From contig CP143273.1 in assembly GCA_051013385.1 (NCBI GenBank), forward strand, positions 1,760,001 through 1,824,000: a DNA stretch of 64,000 bases, in the 5' to 3' direction. Position 1 is the stretch's first letter; each line of letters opens with the position of its first letter. Source of the stretch: Phormidium sp. GTDB lineage: Bacteria > Cyanobacteriota > Cyanobacteriia > Cyanobacteriales > Aerosakkonemataceae. The translations under genes and the position numbers were made by a program. The notes beneath the pieces were generated by a model that saw only the letters and a program-made list of their open reading frames with translations, did not search any database and was not told the DNA's origin. Below are positions 1 through 10,034 of this stretch, piece by piece.

Positions 1-1253
1 TTTTACGACCAATAACTAACTATGGGGAAACAAAAGATTACTTCCTTGTCGTTCATTTTAATCGAAAATCTCAGCAATTTGATGGAGTTCAAGAAGTCGT
101 CAGAATACCCCAAGTTGTTGCTGATGTAAATGGGATTTTTCCCTCCACCAATCAGAACTTACACAAGTCTCGACTTAATATTACAGGTTGGTATATTTAT
201 GGTGCATTAGATCGTTCTGGCGTGTTTATTGTCCAAGCAATTGCTCCCCTTGCTTTGTTACGTTTGCAACCACATCAAGTAATTTATGGCGAATCTGACA
301 GTTGGGATTATATTAAAAATAAAGCTTGGGATGTCAAAGAAAAAAAAGGCAAAATTGAATCCGTTTTACTAATTCCTAAGTCACCAGTAAGCAATCCCCA
401 ATGGCAAGAAGGCGATCGCGCTTTAGTATTGCACGTTTACGGCGGAATAGGTGGCACTAAACGCGAACCCGCTGCAAAAACCCCCATTTTCTTAGGACAT
501 TTTGCTTATGGCATTGCCCAAGTAATTAGAGAACCTTTAGCTAATGAATTGATTTTTGATATCGTTTATTACCAAGTTTATACGCATAACGTAGATGGAA
601 TTATTGCAGGGAAAGTAGCTTGGAATCGGTTTATTGGCGATCGGCAATTTGGTTGGTTAGGATCTCGTCCCATCGCCGACATACTAATTAAATTTGACCC
701 TGTAACCGACGATTTTGATATTAAAGGCACAAAAATTTCTGCCCTCGATCTTTTAGCATATCAACTAGAAATAATGGTGGCACGCTATCGCATTGGCGAC
801 GGCACAGGCGGCACTTATGTTGGCCCTGCATACAACTGTGTTCAAGACTCCAATCAAGCACTTTATGGCATAATTAAAATGACGAGAGAAGCCATTAAAT
901 CTCACCCAGAACTGTTAGAATGGTTGCAAGATGATCCAGGCGAACCGGAACAATTAGAGCAATTAATAATATTAGGTAAATCCATCAAAAGGAAACTTTT
1001 GCCTTTTGGTAGTGCCCGTGCTGATTGGGAAAATAATCAAAGTAATTTGGGCATTAGTCCCGAAGAAGATTTATTTGAAAGATTATTGACAGGTTTACTT
1101 AGTTGGCGTACACTTTTACCCCGCCTTACTAGCGAAACAGTAACCAGAATATTTCTGAAACAGGGAGCAATTATTTGGGTGCTACGTGCCAATCAAATAG
1201 GTGCAGAACCTAACATTGAGCCGATCGCACCCACACCTATTGGTTGGCAGTGA
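1..1253 (+). CDS. C-terminal part of a large cyanobacterial CPBP/CAAX-protease-associated (abortive infection-type) protein, partial at the window edge
   Basis: Frame is open from base 3 (LRPITNYG...) into ORF 222-1253; motifs LVLHVYGGIGG, GHFAYG, YRIGDGTGGTYV are typical of this family. Confidence 0.65.
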   Translation, partial: LRPITNYGETKDYFLVVHFNRKSQQFDGVQEVVRIPQVVADVNGIFPSTNQNLHKSRLNITGWYIYGALDRSGVFIVQAIAPLALLRLQPHQVIYGESDSWDYIKNKAWDVKEKKGKIESVLLIPKSPVSNPQWQEGDRALVLHVYGGIGGTKREPAAKTPIFLGHFAYGIAQVIREPLANELIFDIVYYQVYTHNVDGIIAGKVAWNRFIGDRQFGWLGSRPIADILIKFDPVTDDFDIKGTKISALDLLAYQLEIMVARYRIGDGTGGTYVGPAYNCVQDSNQALYGIIKMTREAIKSHPELLEWLQDDPGEPEQLEQLIILGKSIKRKLLPFGSARADWENNQSNLGISPEEDLFERLLTGLLSWRTLLPRLTSETVTRIFLKQGAIIWVLRANQIGAEPNIEPIAPTPIGWQ

Positions 1254-1439
1254 AATAAAAACCTAAAAAACCCGGTTTCTTGGCAAAATCGTTAGTTTAA
1301 ATGAGCTAAGTTAACCCAGAAACCGGGTTTTTAACCCAGCGTAAGTTCTGGTTTGGTTAATTATTTTTGCTCTTTGTATAATTATTCAGCGAAACAAGTT
1401 AAAATTTTTCTGGCTTATTTTGGGATAGATTAATCACGA

Positions 1440-2066
1440 ATGTTGAAAATACTGGAATCAAATTCTCCTCCCCCAAGCGTGCGGCGCATTGCTACAGAAA
1501 TGCGGATAATTGGCTGGACTGGTTTTTGGTTACAATTGTTTTTTGGTTTTATTCCCGTTGCGTTCGCAGTATTTTTTCTGTTTATTCCCAGCAATCCTAA
1601 TAGATTGGGTGGTTCTGGAACGGTAGCATTCTTTTTTGGTTATGCCTCGCTAATTGCCCTAGTTTTCACTATTTATTGGTGTTTTCGTTATACCAGAATC
1701 GGACAAAAATTAACAAATCCTGATTTACGTCCTTCTAGATTTGAAGTTACTCGCACTTTATCAATTGGCTTACTTGTGAATCTAGCAGGATTGATTTTTG
1801 CGGTAATTGTGGCAATGTCCCAAGTTAATAATTTGTTGGTTAAGCTACTATCTTTACCTCAAGGATCGTCTACCATATTTAGTCCCAATCAGGGCGCAGC
1901 TGTGATGGCAAGAGTGCCAATTACGCCATTACAAATGATGGGATTGCAAGCAGTAATTAGCGCGATCGCAGCACAAATTATCGGCTTAATTGTCGCCCTT
2001 TGGCTACTACATCGAGTTAACCAACGCCCACCAATAGAAGTTAAGGAAAACTACTACGATGAATAA
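1440..2066 (+). CDS. DUF3611 family membrane protein (Tic21/PIC1-like)
   Basis: Four hydrophobic helices; GWTGFWLQL motif. Confidence 0.7.
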   Translation: MLKILESNSPPPSVRRIATEMRIIGWTGFWLQLFFGFIPVAFAVFFLFIPSNPNRLGGSGTVAFFFGYASLIALVFTIYWCFRYTRIGQKLTNPDLRPSRFEVTRTLSIGLLVNLAGLIFAVIVAMSQVNNLLVKLLSLPQGSSTIFSPNQGAAVMARVPITPLQMMGLQAVISAIAAQIIGLIVALWLLHRVNQRPPIEVKENYYDE

Positions 2067-3111
2067 ACCACCTAACAATACTATTTGGCAACAACTAAAT
2101 AACTCATCGCCAGTTCGGGCTTTACTAATGTTTTTGTTGCTGTTTATCTGCGGTTGGGCATTTGTACAGTTAATAACTTACTTTAGTACGCTGATTTTTG
2201 TATTTACTACAGCATCAATTGCCGCCGCTTTACTTAATTATCCAGTTAACTGGCTATCTCGATTGATTCCCCGAAAATTAGCTGTAGCAATAGTTTTTCT
2301 CACTAGTTTATTACTAGGAATAACTTTTGTTGTTACTCTCGGTTTAGAAATTTTAAATCAGGGACAAGGATTAGTCGCCAGACTCAAAGAATTTATTGAA
2401 ACTGCTGAACCAACTATCCCACCATTAAGAAATTTGAGATTAGAAGAAAACTTTGATAGGATTTTGCAAACCCTCCAGTCAGGCTTAGTTACTGGCTTAG
2501 GTTTTTTACAATCTTTATTTTCCAATTTTCTGCTATTCATCCTAATTGCTGTCATCTGTTTATATATGTTATTGGATGGCAGTAGAATTTGGCACGGGGT
2601 TTTAAAATTAGTACCTTTGGATGTGCGCGATCGCTTTGCCTACAAAACCCAAAAAAGCTTTTTAGGCTTCTTTCGCGCCCAACTAACTTTAATGGCATTC
2701 CTCACCATTGCCAGTTTAATAGTCTTCAACCTTTTGGGAACCAGATATTCCTTAATTTTGTCCTTAGTTATCGGAATTATGGACGCAATCCCCGGAATTG
2801 GCGCAACATTGGGAGTGCTTATAGTTACCACATTAGTCCTATCTTCCCAAGGCTTTTGGATGGCAGTAAAAATTTTAGTAGCTTGTATAGTGTTACAACA
2901 AATACAAGATAACTTTGTCTCTCCCAAAATTATGAAAGATTCCCTGGATTTACATCCAGTATTACTATTCTTTGCCATATTTGTTGGCGAAAGAGTCGCT
3001 GGAGTCTTAGGTATTTTTCTCTCAATCCCGATCGCCGCTATGATTGCAACTTGGACTGATGAAACTGATTTAGCTGAACCAAAATTAGAAGCAAAATTAG
3101 AAAAAGATTAA
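2059..3111 (+). CDS. AI-2E family transporter
   Basis: Multi-TM protein with QQIQDNFVSPKIM...LHP motif. Confidence 0.85.
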   Translation: MNKPPNNTIWQQLNNSSPVRALLMFLLLFICGWAFVQLITYFSTLIFVFTTASIAAALLNYPVNWLSRLIPRKLAVAIVFLTSLLLGITFVVTLGLEILNQGQGLVARLKEFIETAEPTIPPLRNLRLEENFDRILQTLQSGLVTGLGFLQSLFSNFLLFILIAVICLYMLLDGSRIWHGVLKLVPLDVRDRFAYKTQKSFLGFFRAQLTLMAFLTIASLIVFNLLGTRYSLILSLVIGIMDAIPGIGATLGVLIVTTLVLSSQGFWMAVKILVACIVLQQIQDNFVSPKIMKDSLDLHPVLLFFAIFVGERVAGVLGIFLSIPIAAMIATWTDETDLAEPKLEAKLEKD

Positions 3112-3170
3112 AGATTTGACACTACAGATAAATCTGGTTTATCCTGGGAATTTGCAATTTGCTAAATTTC

Positions 3171-3954
3171 TCAGGATAAACTGTTATCAGCATCACACTC
3201 GTCTGTAGTAATGAAACGAGTACCCATTTGCACCCCACTTGCCCCTAACTTTAACATCCTGTCGATATCCGATCGATCCCAAACACCGCCCGCTGCAATC
3301 ACTGGAATCTGTTTACCAAGTTCGTTAGCTAAATAATTTACCAGTTCAGGAATCACCTGTTCTGCTTCCAATGCTGGATCGTCCAGTTCTTCGGACTTCG
3401 CGCCTAAATGTCCCCCGGCGTTATTGGGATTTTCCACGACAAAGGCATCGGGTAGCCGTTTGTACTTTTGTTCCCATTTCCGGCAAATTACCCTAGCTGC
3501 ACGAGTAGTGGAAACGATCGGCACTAACGCAACTTCAGGATATTCTAAGGTGAATTCCGGCAACTGAAGCGGCAAACCTGCACCAGAAATAATTAAATTT
3601 ACCCCCTGTTCTGCTGATGTGCGAACCAAAGTTTCATAATCTCGCGCCGCTACCATCACATTGACACCGATAATTCCATTCGGGCTAAGTTTACGGGCTT
3701 TTTTGATTTCATCAATCAGCGCCAGTCGATTTGCCGCAAAAAAACTTTTCTCTTCTCTGTCTAGCGTTCGGCTGGTTAATGTCGAAGTAAGGCGAATTCA
3801 GCCCTAATCCTACCGCTGAGATGATCCCGATTCCTCCGGCATTAGCAACCGCAGCAGCAAGATTTGCGCCAGAAATGCGGATACCCATTCCGCCTTGGAC
3901 GATCGGGTAACGAACAATGTGTTGACCAATTTGTAGTGAAGGTAATGTTTGCAT
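3171..3954 (-). pseudogene. Nitronate monooxygenase/FabK-like flavoenzyme, frameshifted and C-terminally truncated
   Basis: YPIVQGGMG N-terminus (3712-3954) and VIAAGG...GVQMGTRF (3171-3659) are joined by removing one base from the A7 run at 3738-3744; the ORF stops right after ECDAD. Confidence 0.8.
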
Positions 3955-4208
3955 AAGTTCTTAGTGTTGCGATTTTATTGATTTTACAACTAAATAGTTT
4001 AAAAGCTATTGATTGATAGTACGTTGTTGCGCTTTAGCGCTAAAGCGCAACAACGTACCTAGAAGATTAAGCATAATTACTTATTGAGAATTATTCTCAA
4101 AACTTTTATATTACTAATAAGCAATATAGTTATAAAATAAAGCTTACCAAACGACCGCATCAATGCCGGGGAAAGAGGCATTAGATAAAGAGTTACCAAG
4201 GAGAAAAT

Positions 4209-5258
4209 TTGATGAAACTCGCAGGAAAGAACAAAGCTTGGGAAAAACACCAGAAAGCTGTTCCCAGCATCGATGACCAAGGTGGAAAATTGTGGGGTTG
4301 CTTCCGTAGCTGTTTCCTGCAAAGTGCTGCCCCTTACTCGGAAGGCGTTGCTTACAAGATTTTGCAGAATGATTTGGGGATAGATTTGCGGGAAGCGCCG
4401 GGACATACTTCTTGTGGTGCGATCGGATATCACGGAGATGTATCCTGCTTAGAAACGCAAATGGTTGTAGCCGCCCGGAACTTTTCCCTCGCACATTACG
4501 AACAAGGCGTTGATAATCTTTTTTCCTTCTGCGTCACTTCCTTTGCCAACTACACCGAAGTAATCAAACTCTGGGAAGAAGAACCAGAATTGCAAGAATA
4601 CACCAAAAAAACCTTGAAAGAAACCACAGGAAGAGAGTTTTGGATTCCTCATGTTTCTGGTGGTAGACCTTCAGTGGTTCATGCTTCGGATGTTTTCTTT
4701 GCTAATCGAGAGAAACTTGCAGCAAAGGCAAAATATAGCCTCAAGGGAATCAAAGCAACCGAGCACGTTGGCTGCCATTACGGAAAGATTTTTCCTGATC
4801 AGGCAATGGGTGGCGCTGAGTTCCCCCAAGTCTTAGTCGGATTGCTGGAAGCTTTTGGTGCAGAGGTTGTGGATTACCCGGAACGCAGACATTGCTGTGG
4901 TATGGGTTTCCGGCAATGTGCATTCCCCGAAAACCGAGATTACACCGCAAGTCACGTTTACAAAAAGTTAAAAAGTCTCAAAGAAATGCACCCTGATTGC
5001 AACTTAATGCTTACCAATTGTCCGGGTTGTACGGTGTTTCTCGATGCCGAACAGGGAGCTATCAAGGATCTGATGGAAGAAGAGTTTAATGTCAGCATCC
5101 TCGACTATGCACAATTGACTGGGTTGCTGTTAGGTTACGATCCTTTTAAAGATTGTGGGATGAATGCGAAAGCCGTTCCGATCGAGCCTTTGCTAGATCA
5201 AATTGGCATTCCCTACGACAAATCTAAAACTGCGGAAGAACGCAGAAGACCTTTTTAA
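4209..5258 (+). CDS. Heterodisulfide reductase subunit B-like CCG-domain Fe-S protein
   Basis: Cys motifs SCGA, HVGCH, CCGMG, CPGC. Confidence 0.8.
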   Translation: MMKLAGKNKAWEKHQKAVPSIDDQGGKLWGCFRSCFLQSAAPYSEGVAYKILQNDLGIDLREAPGHTSCGAIGYHGDVSCLETQMVVAARNFSLAHYEQGVDNLFSFCVTSFANYTEVIKLWEEEPELQEYTKKTLKETTGREFWIPHVSGGRPSVVHASDVFFANREKLAAKAKYSLKGIKATEHVGCHYGKIFPDQAMGGAEFPQVLVGLLEAFGAEVVDYPERRHCCGMGFRQCAFPENRDYTASHVYKKLKSLKEMHPDCNLMLTNCPGCTVFLDAEQGAIKDLMEEEFNVSILDYAQLTGLLLGYDPFKDCGMNAKAVPIEPLLDQIGIPYDKSKTAEERRRPF

Positions 5259-5519
5259 CAGGAATTCATCTTTAGCCACAATTGTTTACTTAGAATCAAC
5301 AGAACTTAATTTCTTTTAATCACTAAGTAAGCATATAATGATATGGTAGAGCAAGAATGGGTAATCCGTACTGCTTGTACTAGCCAGGATTCATCATCAT
5401 TAACCTTTTTGGCTACTTACTTGTTATGGATTACCTCACTTGAAAAGCAAAAAGGAAGCGTTTAATTCAGCTTCAACAACGAAATTTTTTCGTTTTTCTA
5501 GGATTAGGAGTATTGTTAT

Positions 5520-6614
5520 ATGAGTACCGTTCTACAACGCCGAAATGAACTGGATATCGGTGAATGGTGGTCAAAATTTGCTGGTTGGATCACCAGTACA
5601 GAAAACCGAATTTATATTGGTTGGTTTGGTGTTTTGATGATCCCGACAATTCTGGTAGCTGCGATTACTTTTACGATCGCCTTTATTGCCGCACCTCCAG
5701 TAGATATGGAAGGAATTCGGGAACCGATTTTTGGCTCAATTCTTGGCAATCAAAATTTCATTACTGCGGCAGTAGTACCAACTTCAGCTGCGATCGGTTT
5801 ACATTTTTATCCCATTTGGGAAGCTAGTTCTTTAGATGAATGGCTTTACAATGGTGGCCCTTATCAACTCATAGTTTTGCATTTCTCGATCGGTGTTTGG
5901 TGTTATTTAGGACGGTTGTGGGAGTTAAGCTATCGCTTGGGAATGCGCCCTTGGATTGCAGTTGCTTTTTCTGCACCTGCCGCCGCAGCTACCGCTATTT
6001 TGCTCGTTTATCCGATCGGACAAGGTAGTTTTTCGGAAGGAATGCCTTTAGGAATTTCTGGCACTTTCTATTTCATGTTTTCTCTACAAGCACAGCACAA
6101 TGTATTAATGCACCCGTTCCATGAAATCGGTGTTGCTGGAGTTTTGGGCGGTGCTTTGTTGAGTTCTTTACATGGTTCATTAGTTACCAGCAGTTTGATT
6201 CGAGAAACCAGCGATCTAGAATCTACAAATGCCGGATATAAGTTTGGGCAACAAGAAGGAACTTATAATCTTTTAGCTGGGCACGCTGGTTATTTAGGAC
6301 GTTTGTTAGTTCCGGGAGTTGGCGTTCGCAACAGTCGTTCTGTGCATTTTCTCATGGGTGCTTTACCCACAATTGGAATTTGGTTTGCCACGTTGGGAAT
6401 TTGCGCTATGTCTTTTAATTTGAATGGGTTTAATTTTAACCATTCAGTTCTTGATGCTACTGGAAATGTGATTCCTACTGATGCTGATTTGCTGAATCGG
6501 GCAACCATCGGTATTCAAGAAATGCGGGCTCCGAATACTCATCATTTTCCACTTTTGATTTCTGCTAATCAGATGAGTCCAATTAGTGTGAAAAGTGCGC
6601 CTGCTATTAGTTAG
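5520..6614 (+). CDS. psbA: Divergent (rogue-type) photosystem II D1 protein
   Basis: Clear D1 sequence ([25 protein letters not shown]) with altered Mn-cluster ligand motifs ([24 protein letters not shown]). Confidence 0.92.
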   Translation: MSTVLQRRNELDIGEWWSKFAGWITSTENRIYIGWFGVLMIPTILVAAITFTIAFIAAPPVDMEGIREPIFGSILGNQNFITAAVVPTSAAIGLHFYPIWEASSLDEWLYNGGPYQLIVLHFSIGVWCYLGRLWELSYRLGMRPWIAVAFSAPAAAATAILLVYPIGQGSFSEGMPLGISGTFYFMFSLQAQHNVLMHPFHEIGVAGVLGGALLSSLHGSLVTSSLIRETSDLESTNAGYKFGQQEGTYNLLAGHAGYLGRLLVPGVGVRNSRSVHFLMGALPTIGIWFATLGICAMSFNLNGFNFNHSVLDATGNVIPTDADLLNRATIGIQEMRAPNTHHFPLLISANQMSPISVKSAPAIS

Positions 6615-6858
6615 TTAGAGTTTATAGCAATCCTCATTTTTTTGAACCGCTCCAGGCGCAGAGAACACAGAGAGAAGAGAGAGAGTAGGGGCGAAGCATT
6701 CGGGTCACAATTTATAGCTAAAAACCTAGATTTTCTGCCCGAACGCTTCGCCCCCTACACACCAAAGGATTGCTATATTTTTCATCTAAGTAATGCAGCG
6801 ACTTAGATTTTTTTCCGAGTCGCTGTGTTAGTTTTTACAATTCATTTAGGATTGCTTT

Positions 6859-7461
6859 ATGTGGAAAGGTTTTTATCGGTTAGTTATTGGTTTGTTGGCG
6901 ATCGCCATTTACCTAATTCCCCTACCTGCACAAGCTGAAACGAATCCCGCTGAATTAGCAAAAGCTATTGAAGCAATTGAAAATCTCGATTTGATGCGTT
7001 CTGGATTAGCTTCTACATTGGAAGGAAGGACTGAACCGCCAACATTACAAACAATGAAAGAAGTGTGTCGTCCGGTGGGAATGCAAGCTGTTAAACTGAG
7101 TCAAGAAAATGATTGGCAGGTTAAACAAATTGCTAGTAAATATCGCAATCCTAGCCACGCGCCTGATAATTTGGCAGCAAAAATTGCTTTGGCAAGGTTT
7201 GAACAAAATCCCGAATTAATGGGTTTTTGGCAAAGAGAAACTATTAATGGAGAAGCGGGAACTCGTTATTATCGACGGATTAATGTCGAAGCTAGTTGTT
7301 TGGTTTGTCATGGGCAAAAAGGCGATCGACCTCAGTTTGTCAAAGATAAATATCCTGAAGATTTAGCCTACAACTTTAATGTTGGTGATTTGCGGGGAAT
7401 GTATGCTGCATTTATTCCCGATTTACAACAAGCATTGTCAGATGCAGCAAGTAATGATTAA
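6859..7461 (+). CDS. DUF3365/Tll0287-like exported c-type heme protein
   Basis: Signal peptide, KYRNP motif, CLVCH heme-binding motif, GDLRG. Confidence 0.85.
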   Translation: MWKGFYRLVIGLLAIAIYLIPLPAQAETNPAELAKAIEAIENLDLMRSGLASTLEGRTEPPTLQTMKEVCRPVGMQAVKLSQENDWQVKQIASKYRNPSHAPDNLAAKIALARFEQNPELMGFWQRETINGEAGTRYYRRINVEASCLVCHGQKGDRPQFVKDKYPEDLAYNFNVGDLRGMYAAFIPDLQQALSDAASND

Positions 7462-7483
7462 ACTTTCAATTTGGAATTACTTT

Positions 7484-8011
7484 ATGAAATTTCGTGTGAG
7501 AAAATTCTTTTCCCGGTTGCTGTTATTGGGAGTTTTAGTGTTGAGTATATCACTGGTATCTGATATATTAAATACTGCCACCGCAGCCGCCGCAATTCGC
7601 CAGTTAGAAGAAGCACCTGGACAAGTAGTTTATCAGTCGAGAGAAACTTTAAAAGATCAGCAGGGAAATCGTTGGGGTGCGATCGCTTTTAAACGCATTC
7701 GTCCTGATGGTAAAGCAAGTTTTGATTTAAGATTAGTGGGTTTTCCGGGGATGGTGGAGATCGCTCGAACTCAACCCCTATTACTAACAAATTCACTCGG
7801 TAAAACTTGGAAAGCTAATGATGCTTCCGCTAATATTTTTACTGATGAGATCCAACCTCATGTAGGACAGTACGATCTTCAGCCATTAGTCACACAATTC
7901 CAGACAGCAATTCCCCTAACATTGACACTACCAACAGTTAATGGAGAACCTGTTAAACTGTCAATTTCCCCATCTTTAGTCCAAGAATGGCAAACTGTTG
8001 CTAACTATTAA
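7484..8011 (+). CDS. DUF3122 family protein
   Basis: Signal peptide followed by QSRETLKDQQGNRW, LRLVGFPG and VGQYDL motifs; ATG at 7484 chosen as start. Confidence 0.7.
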   Translation: MKFRVRKFFSRLLLLGVLVLSISLVSDILNTATAAAAIRQLEEAPGQVVYQSRETLKDQQGNRWGAIAFKRIRPDGKASFDLRLVGFPGMVEIARTQPLLLTNSLGKTWKANDASANIFTDEIQPHVGQYDLQPLVTQFQTAIPLTLTLPTVNGEPVKLSISPSLVQEWQTVANY

Positions 8012-8014
8012 TTT

Positions 8015-8158
8015 GATCCCCCATTATCCCCCTTAACAAGGGAGACTTTGAATCCCTTAAAAAGGGGGGCTTTGAAACTCTTAAAAAGGGAGACTTTGAA
8101 ACCCTTAAAAAGGGAGACTTTTCTAGTTCCCCCCTTGTTAAGGGGGGTTAGGGGGATC
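8015..8158. repeat. Cyanobacterial REP-like palindromic repeat (CCCCCTTAACAAGGGGG family), also at about 12832-12942 and 25577-25668
   Basis: Inverted termini GATCCCCC...GGGGGATC with internal CCCTTAA/AAGGG units in all three copies. Confidence 0.8.
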
Positions 8159-8356
8159 GAATCATCAATATTTTTAACTAGCAACTTACATTATATAGAG
8201 TACTGAATAGCCTGCCGTAGACATATCGCCCGGAGTTGTAGTACCCAATTCCGGGCGATTTCATTTTGTATTTCTTGTAGTACGACATTTTTTTTTAGCC
8301 CATAACCCTTGACATGATTGATTTTCAGCCCTAAATAAAAAAATTTCCCAAAATCC

Positions 8357-8397
8357 TTGACATTTTGTAGTATAACTTGTAGCATAAAAATGTAGCG
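8357..8397 (+). promoter_or_regulatory. Sigma70-type promoter of the tRNA array overlapped by TGTAGY direct repeats (candidate repressor operator)
   Basis: TTGACA 8357-8362, 17-nt spacer, TAGCAT 8380-8385; TGTAG repeats start at 8366, 8378 and 8391, with more at 8237 and 8276. Confidence 0.75.
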
Positions 8398-8437
8398 CGA
8401 AAGGGAAAGCGACAAAAGCCAAACCCCAAGCGCGATC

Positions 8438-8456
8438 GAACCTTGAAAACTAAATA
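8438..8456 (+). promoter_or_regulatory. rRNA-type boxA antitermination motif
   Basis: GAACCTTGAAAACTAAATA matches the cyanobacterial rrn boxA (GAACCTTGAAAA) and follows a possible boxB hairpin at about 8395-8433. Confidence 0.7.
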
Positions 8457-8596
8457 ATTTGCCCATTTAAATTGTTAAGCAAAGAAGTTGACACAGGTAG
8501 AAAATACCTTGTTGCAACGAGTGTAGTTAGCTTTCTTTCTGAACCAGCGACTCAATTTAAGCTTTAAATAGTCGTTGATTCATCAAAGATAGTCTG

Positions 8597-9238
8597 ATGC
8601 CGAAGGATTTAAGCTCAGTCAAGCTAAAGGTAATCCAACTACGAGTGAACAAACACTTATCACTCAGGGAGATTCACCAGCAAACAGGAGTGCCGAAAGG
8701 AACGCTGAGTAACTGGTTGAAACCCTATCCTCTCCCAGAGGAGATCAGGAAAGCCAAACAAGCTATTGCTTATGAAAAGCTGCAAAACTACGTTAAAACT
8801 GTTCGCAAGCGTCAGAGGCCAATAGAGTCTAAATACCATCAGGCATTAGGCGATCGAGAGCTAACCACATCTCAGAGAACTGCTATCTCTGAAGCTGCTG
8901 TTCTATTTCGCCTTACCTTGTACGGTTTTAAGGTGTATCGATCGCAATTTGATAGTAGAACAGCAGATTGGCTCGTTGAAAGTCCCACCGGGAAACGCCT
9001 AAAAATACAAGTTAAGTCAGCTTACATCGACAGACGAGGATTACCAATCATTAACCTGCGTTGTAACGACAATAGAACTGAGTTTAGGTGCGATCGAGAA
9101 GGCGAGTTTGACTTTATAGTTGGCTACTGCCTGTTCTCAGATACAGCTTACGTCCTGTCATTTGAGGAAATTAAGGGTAAAACCTCTCATGTTCCTCAAG
9201 AGGAAGACGAAGAAAGGTGGGACAAATTGCTCGATTAA
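8597..9238 (+). CDS. HTH plus group I intron-type PD-(D/E)XK endonuclease (I-Ssp6803I-like)
   Basis: N-terminal HTH (SLREIHQQTGVPKGTLSNW); nuclease motif ADWLV...KIQVKS; FDFIVGY. Confidence 0.75.
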   Translation: MPKDLSSVKLKVIQLRVNKHLSLREIHQQTGVPKGTLSNWLKPYPLPEEIRKAKQAIAYEKLQNYVKTVRKRQRPIESKYHQALGDRELTTSQRTAISEAAVLFRLTLYGFKVYRSQFDSRTADWLVESPTGKRLKIQVKSAYIDRRGLPIINLRCNDNRTEFRCDREGEFDFIVGYCLFSDTAYVLSFEEIKGKTSHVPQEEDEERWDKLLD

Positions 9239-9239
9239 T

Positions 9240-9313
9240 GAGGCTGTAACTCAGCGGTCAAGAGTGCTTGTCTGTCGAACAAGAAGTCGCGGGTTCAAAT
9301 CCCGTCAGCCTCG
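9240..9313 (+). tRNA. trnD: tRNA-Asp(GTC)
   Basis: GAGGCTG/CAGCCTC acceptor; CTTGT-CTGTCGA-ACAAG; T loop TTCAAAT. Confidence 0.92.
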
Positions 9314-9320
9314 CTCAAAT

Positions 9321-9398
9321 AGTCCCGTAGGCGAATTGGTTCAAGCCGTCACCCCCTCAAGGTGAAGATTGCGAGTTCAAATCTCGTCGGGACTACCA
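9321..9398 (+). tRNA. trnE: tRNA-Glu(CTC), C33, encoded CCA
   Basis: AGTCCCG/CGGGACT acceptor; TCACC-CCCTCAA-GGTGA. Confidence 0.85.
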
Positions 9399-9401
9399 AA
9401 T

Positions 9402-9478
9402 GGTCAGGTAGCCAAGTGGTTGAAGGCATCAGACTGCAAATCTGATTTTCGTCGTGGGTTCAAATCCCACTCTGACCT
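9402..9478 (+). tRNA. trnC: tRNA-Cys(GCA)
   Basis: GGTCAGG/TCTGACC acceptor; TCAGA-CTGCAAA-TCTGA; U73. Confidence 0.92.
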
Positions 9479-9489
9479 CTTGGTAACAT

Positions 9490-9565
9490 CGCAGCGTAGC
9501 TTAACCAGCAAAGCCCCAAGCTCATAACTTGGTTGATACGGGTGCAAATCCCGTCGCTGTTACCA
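9490..9565 (+). tRNA. trnM: tRNA with CAT anticodon (Met/fMet-like), atypical
   Basis: CGCAGCG/CGCTGTT acceptor with C1:U72 mismatch; CCAAG-CTCATAA-CTTGG; T loop TGCAAAT; CCA. Confidence 0.8.
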
Positions 9566-9568
9566 TAA

Positions 9569-9640
9569 GCAGGGATGGTGTTAACGGCAGCACAGGGGTC
9601 TCCAAAGCCTTTGGTCTGGGTTCAAATCCTAGTCTCTGCG
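9569..9640 (+). tRNA. trnW: tRNA-Trp(CCA)
   Basis: GCAGGGA/TCTCTGC acceptor; anticodon loop CTCCAAA. Confidence 0.88.
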
Positions 9641-9776
9641 TTCTACTGCGTGACCTCACAGATAAAGCTTACACACTTGGTCATCTGATGAAAATCAGAG
9701 TAGGTTCAAATCCTACAACCTCCGCCAAAAATGGAGGTTGAAAAACTGTAGCTTTTTAAACTTGCACGGAGTAGAA
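9641..9776 (+). ncRNA. Y RNA-like scaffold RNA, copy E, with permuted tRNA-like cargo
   Basis: Terminal stem TTCTACT-G-CGTG/CACG-G-AGTAGAA; AAAGCT-TACACAC...AGCTTT-TTAAACTT; T arm GTAGG-TTCAAAT-CCTAC then AACCTCC-GCCA-AAAAT-GGAGGTT. Confidence 0.7.
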
Positions 9777-9785
9777 ATTTCCCAT

Positions 9786-9863
9786 AGTGCTGTACGCAAA
9801 TGGCTTAAGCGGCTTGACTTTCAATCAGGTGATTTGCGGGTTCAAATCCCGTCAGCACTACCA
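9786..9863 (+). tRNA. trnE: tRNA-Glu(TTC), encoded CCA
   Basis: AGTGCTG/CAGCACT acceptor; CTTGA-CTTTCAA-TCAGG. Confidence 0.9.
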
Positions 9864-9871
9864 AAAAACCT

Positions 9872-9955
9872 GGGTTGGCTCACCTATTGGCTGTAGGGTA
9901 GCGGTCTGTAAAATCGTGGCTTAAAGCTTTGCAAGTTCAAATCTTGCCCGACCCA
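9872..9955 (+). tRNA. trnY: tRNA-Tyr(GTA)
   Basis: GGGTTGG/CCGACCC acceptor; loop CTGTAAA; long variable arm. Confidence 0.85.
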
Positions 9956-9956
9956 T

Positions 9957-10031
9957 AGCGGGATAGAGTAGTGGTCACTCACGAGTCTCATAAGCTCGTC
10001 TAGGAAGGTTCGATTCCTTCTCCCGCGCCCA
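9957..10031 (+). tRNA. trnM: tRNA with CAT anticodon (Met/fMet-like), A1:G72 mismatch
   Basis: AGCGGGA/TCCCGCG; CGAGT-CTCATAA-GCTCG; TTCGATT; C73 then CCA. Confidence 0.82.
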
Positions 10032-10034
10032 ATT

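Noticed and set aside
4017..4060. Long palindrome GTACGTTGTTGCGC...GCGCAACAACGTAC as a specific operator
   Set aside because: A near-identical copy lies at about 57207-57258 between unrelated convergent genes, so it is a dispersed REP-like repeat
5520..6614. Chlorophyll f synthase (super-rogue D1)
   Set aside because: No FaRLiP genes (rfpABC, paralogous psa/psb/apc) nearby; phylogeny is needed to exclude it fully
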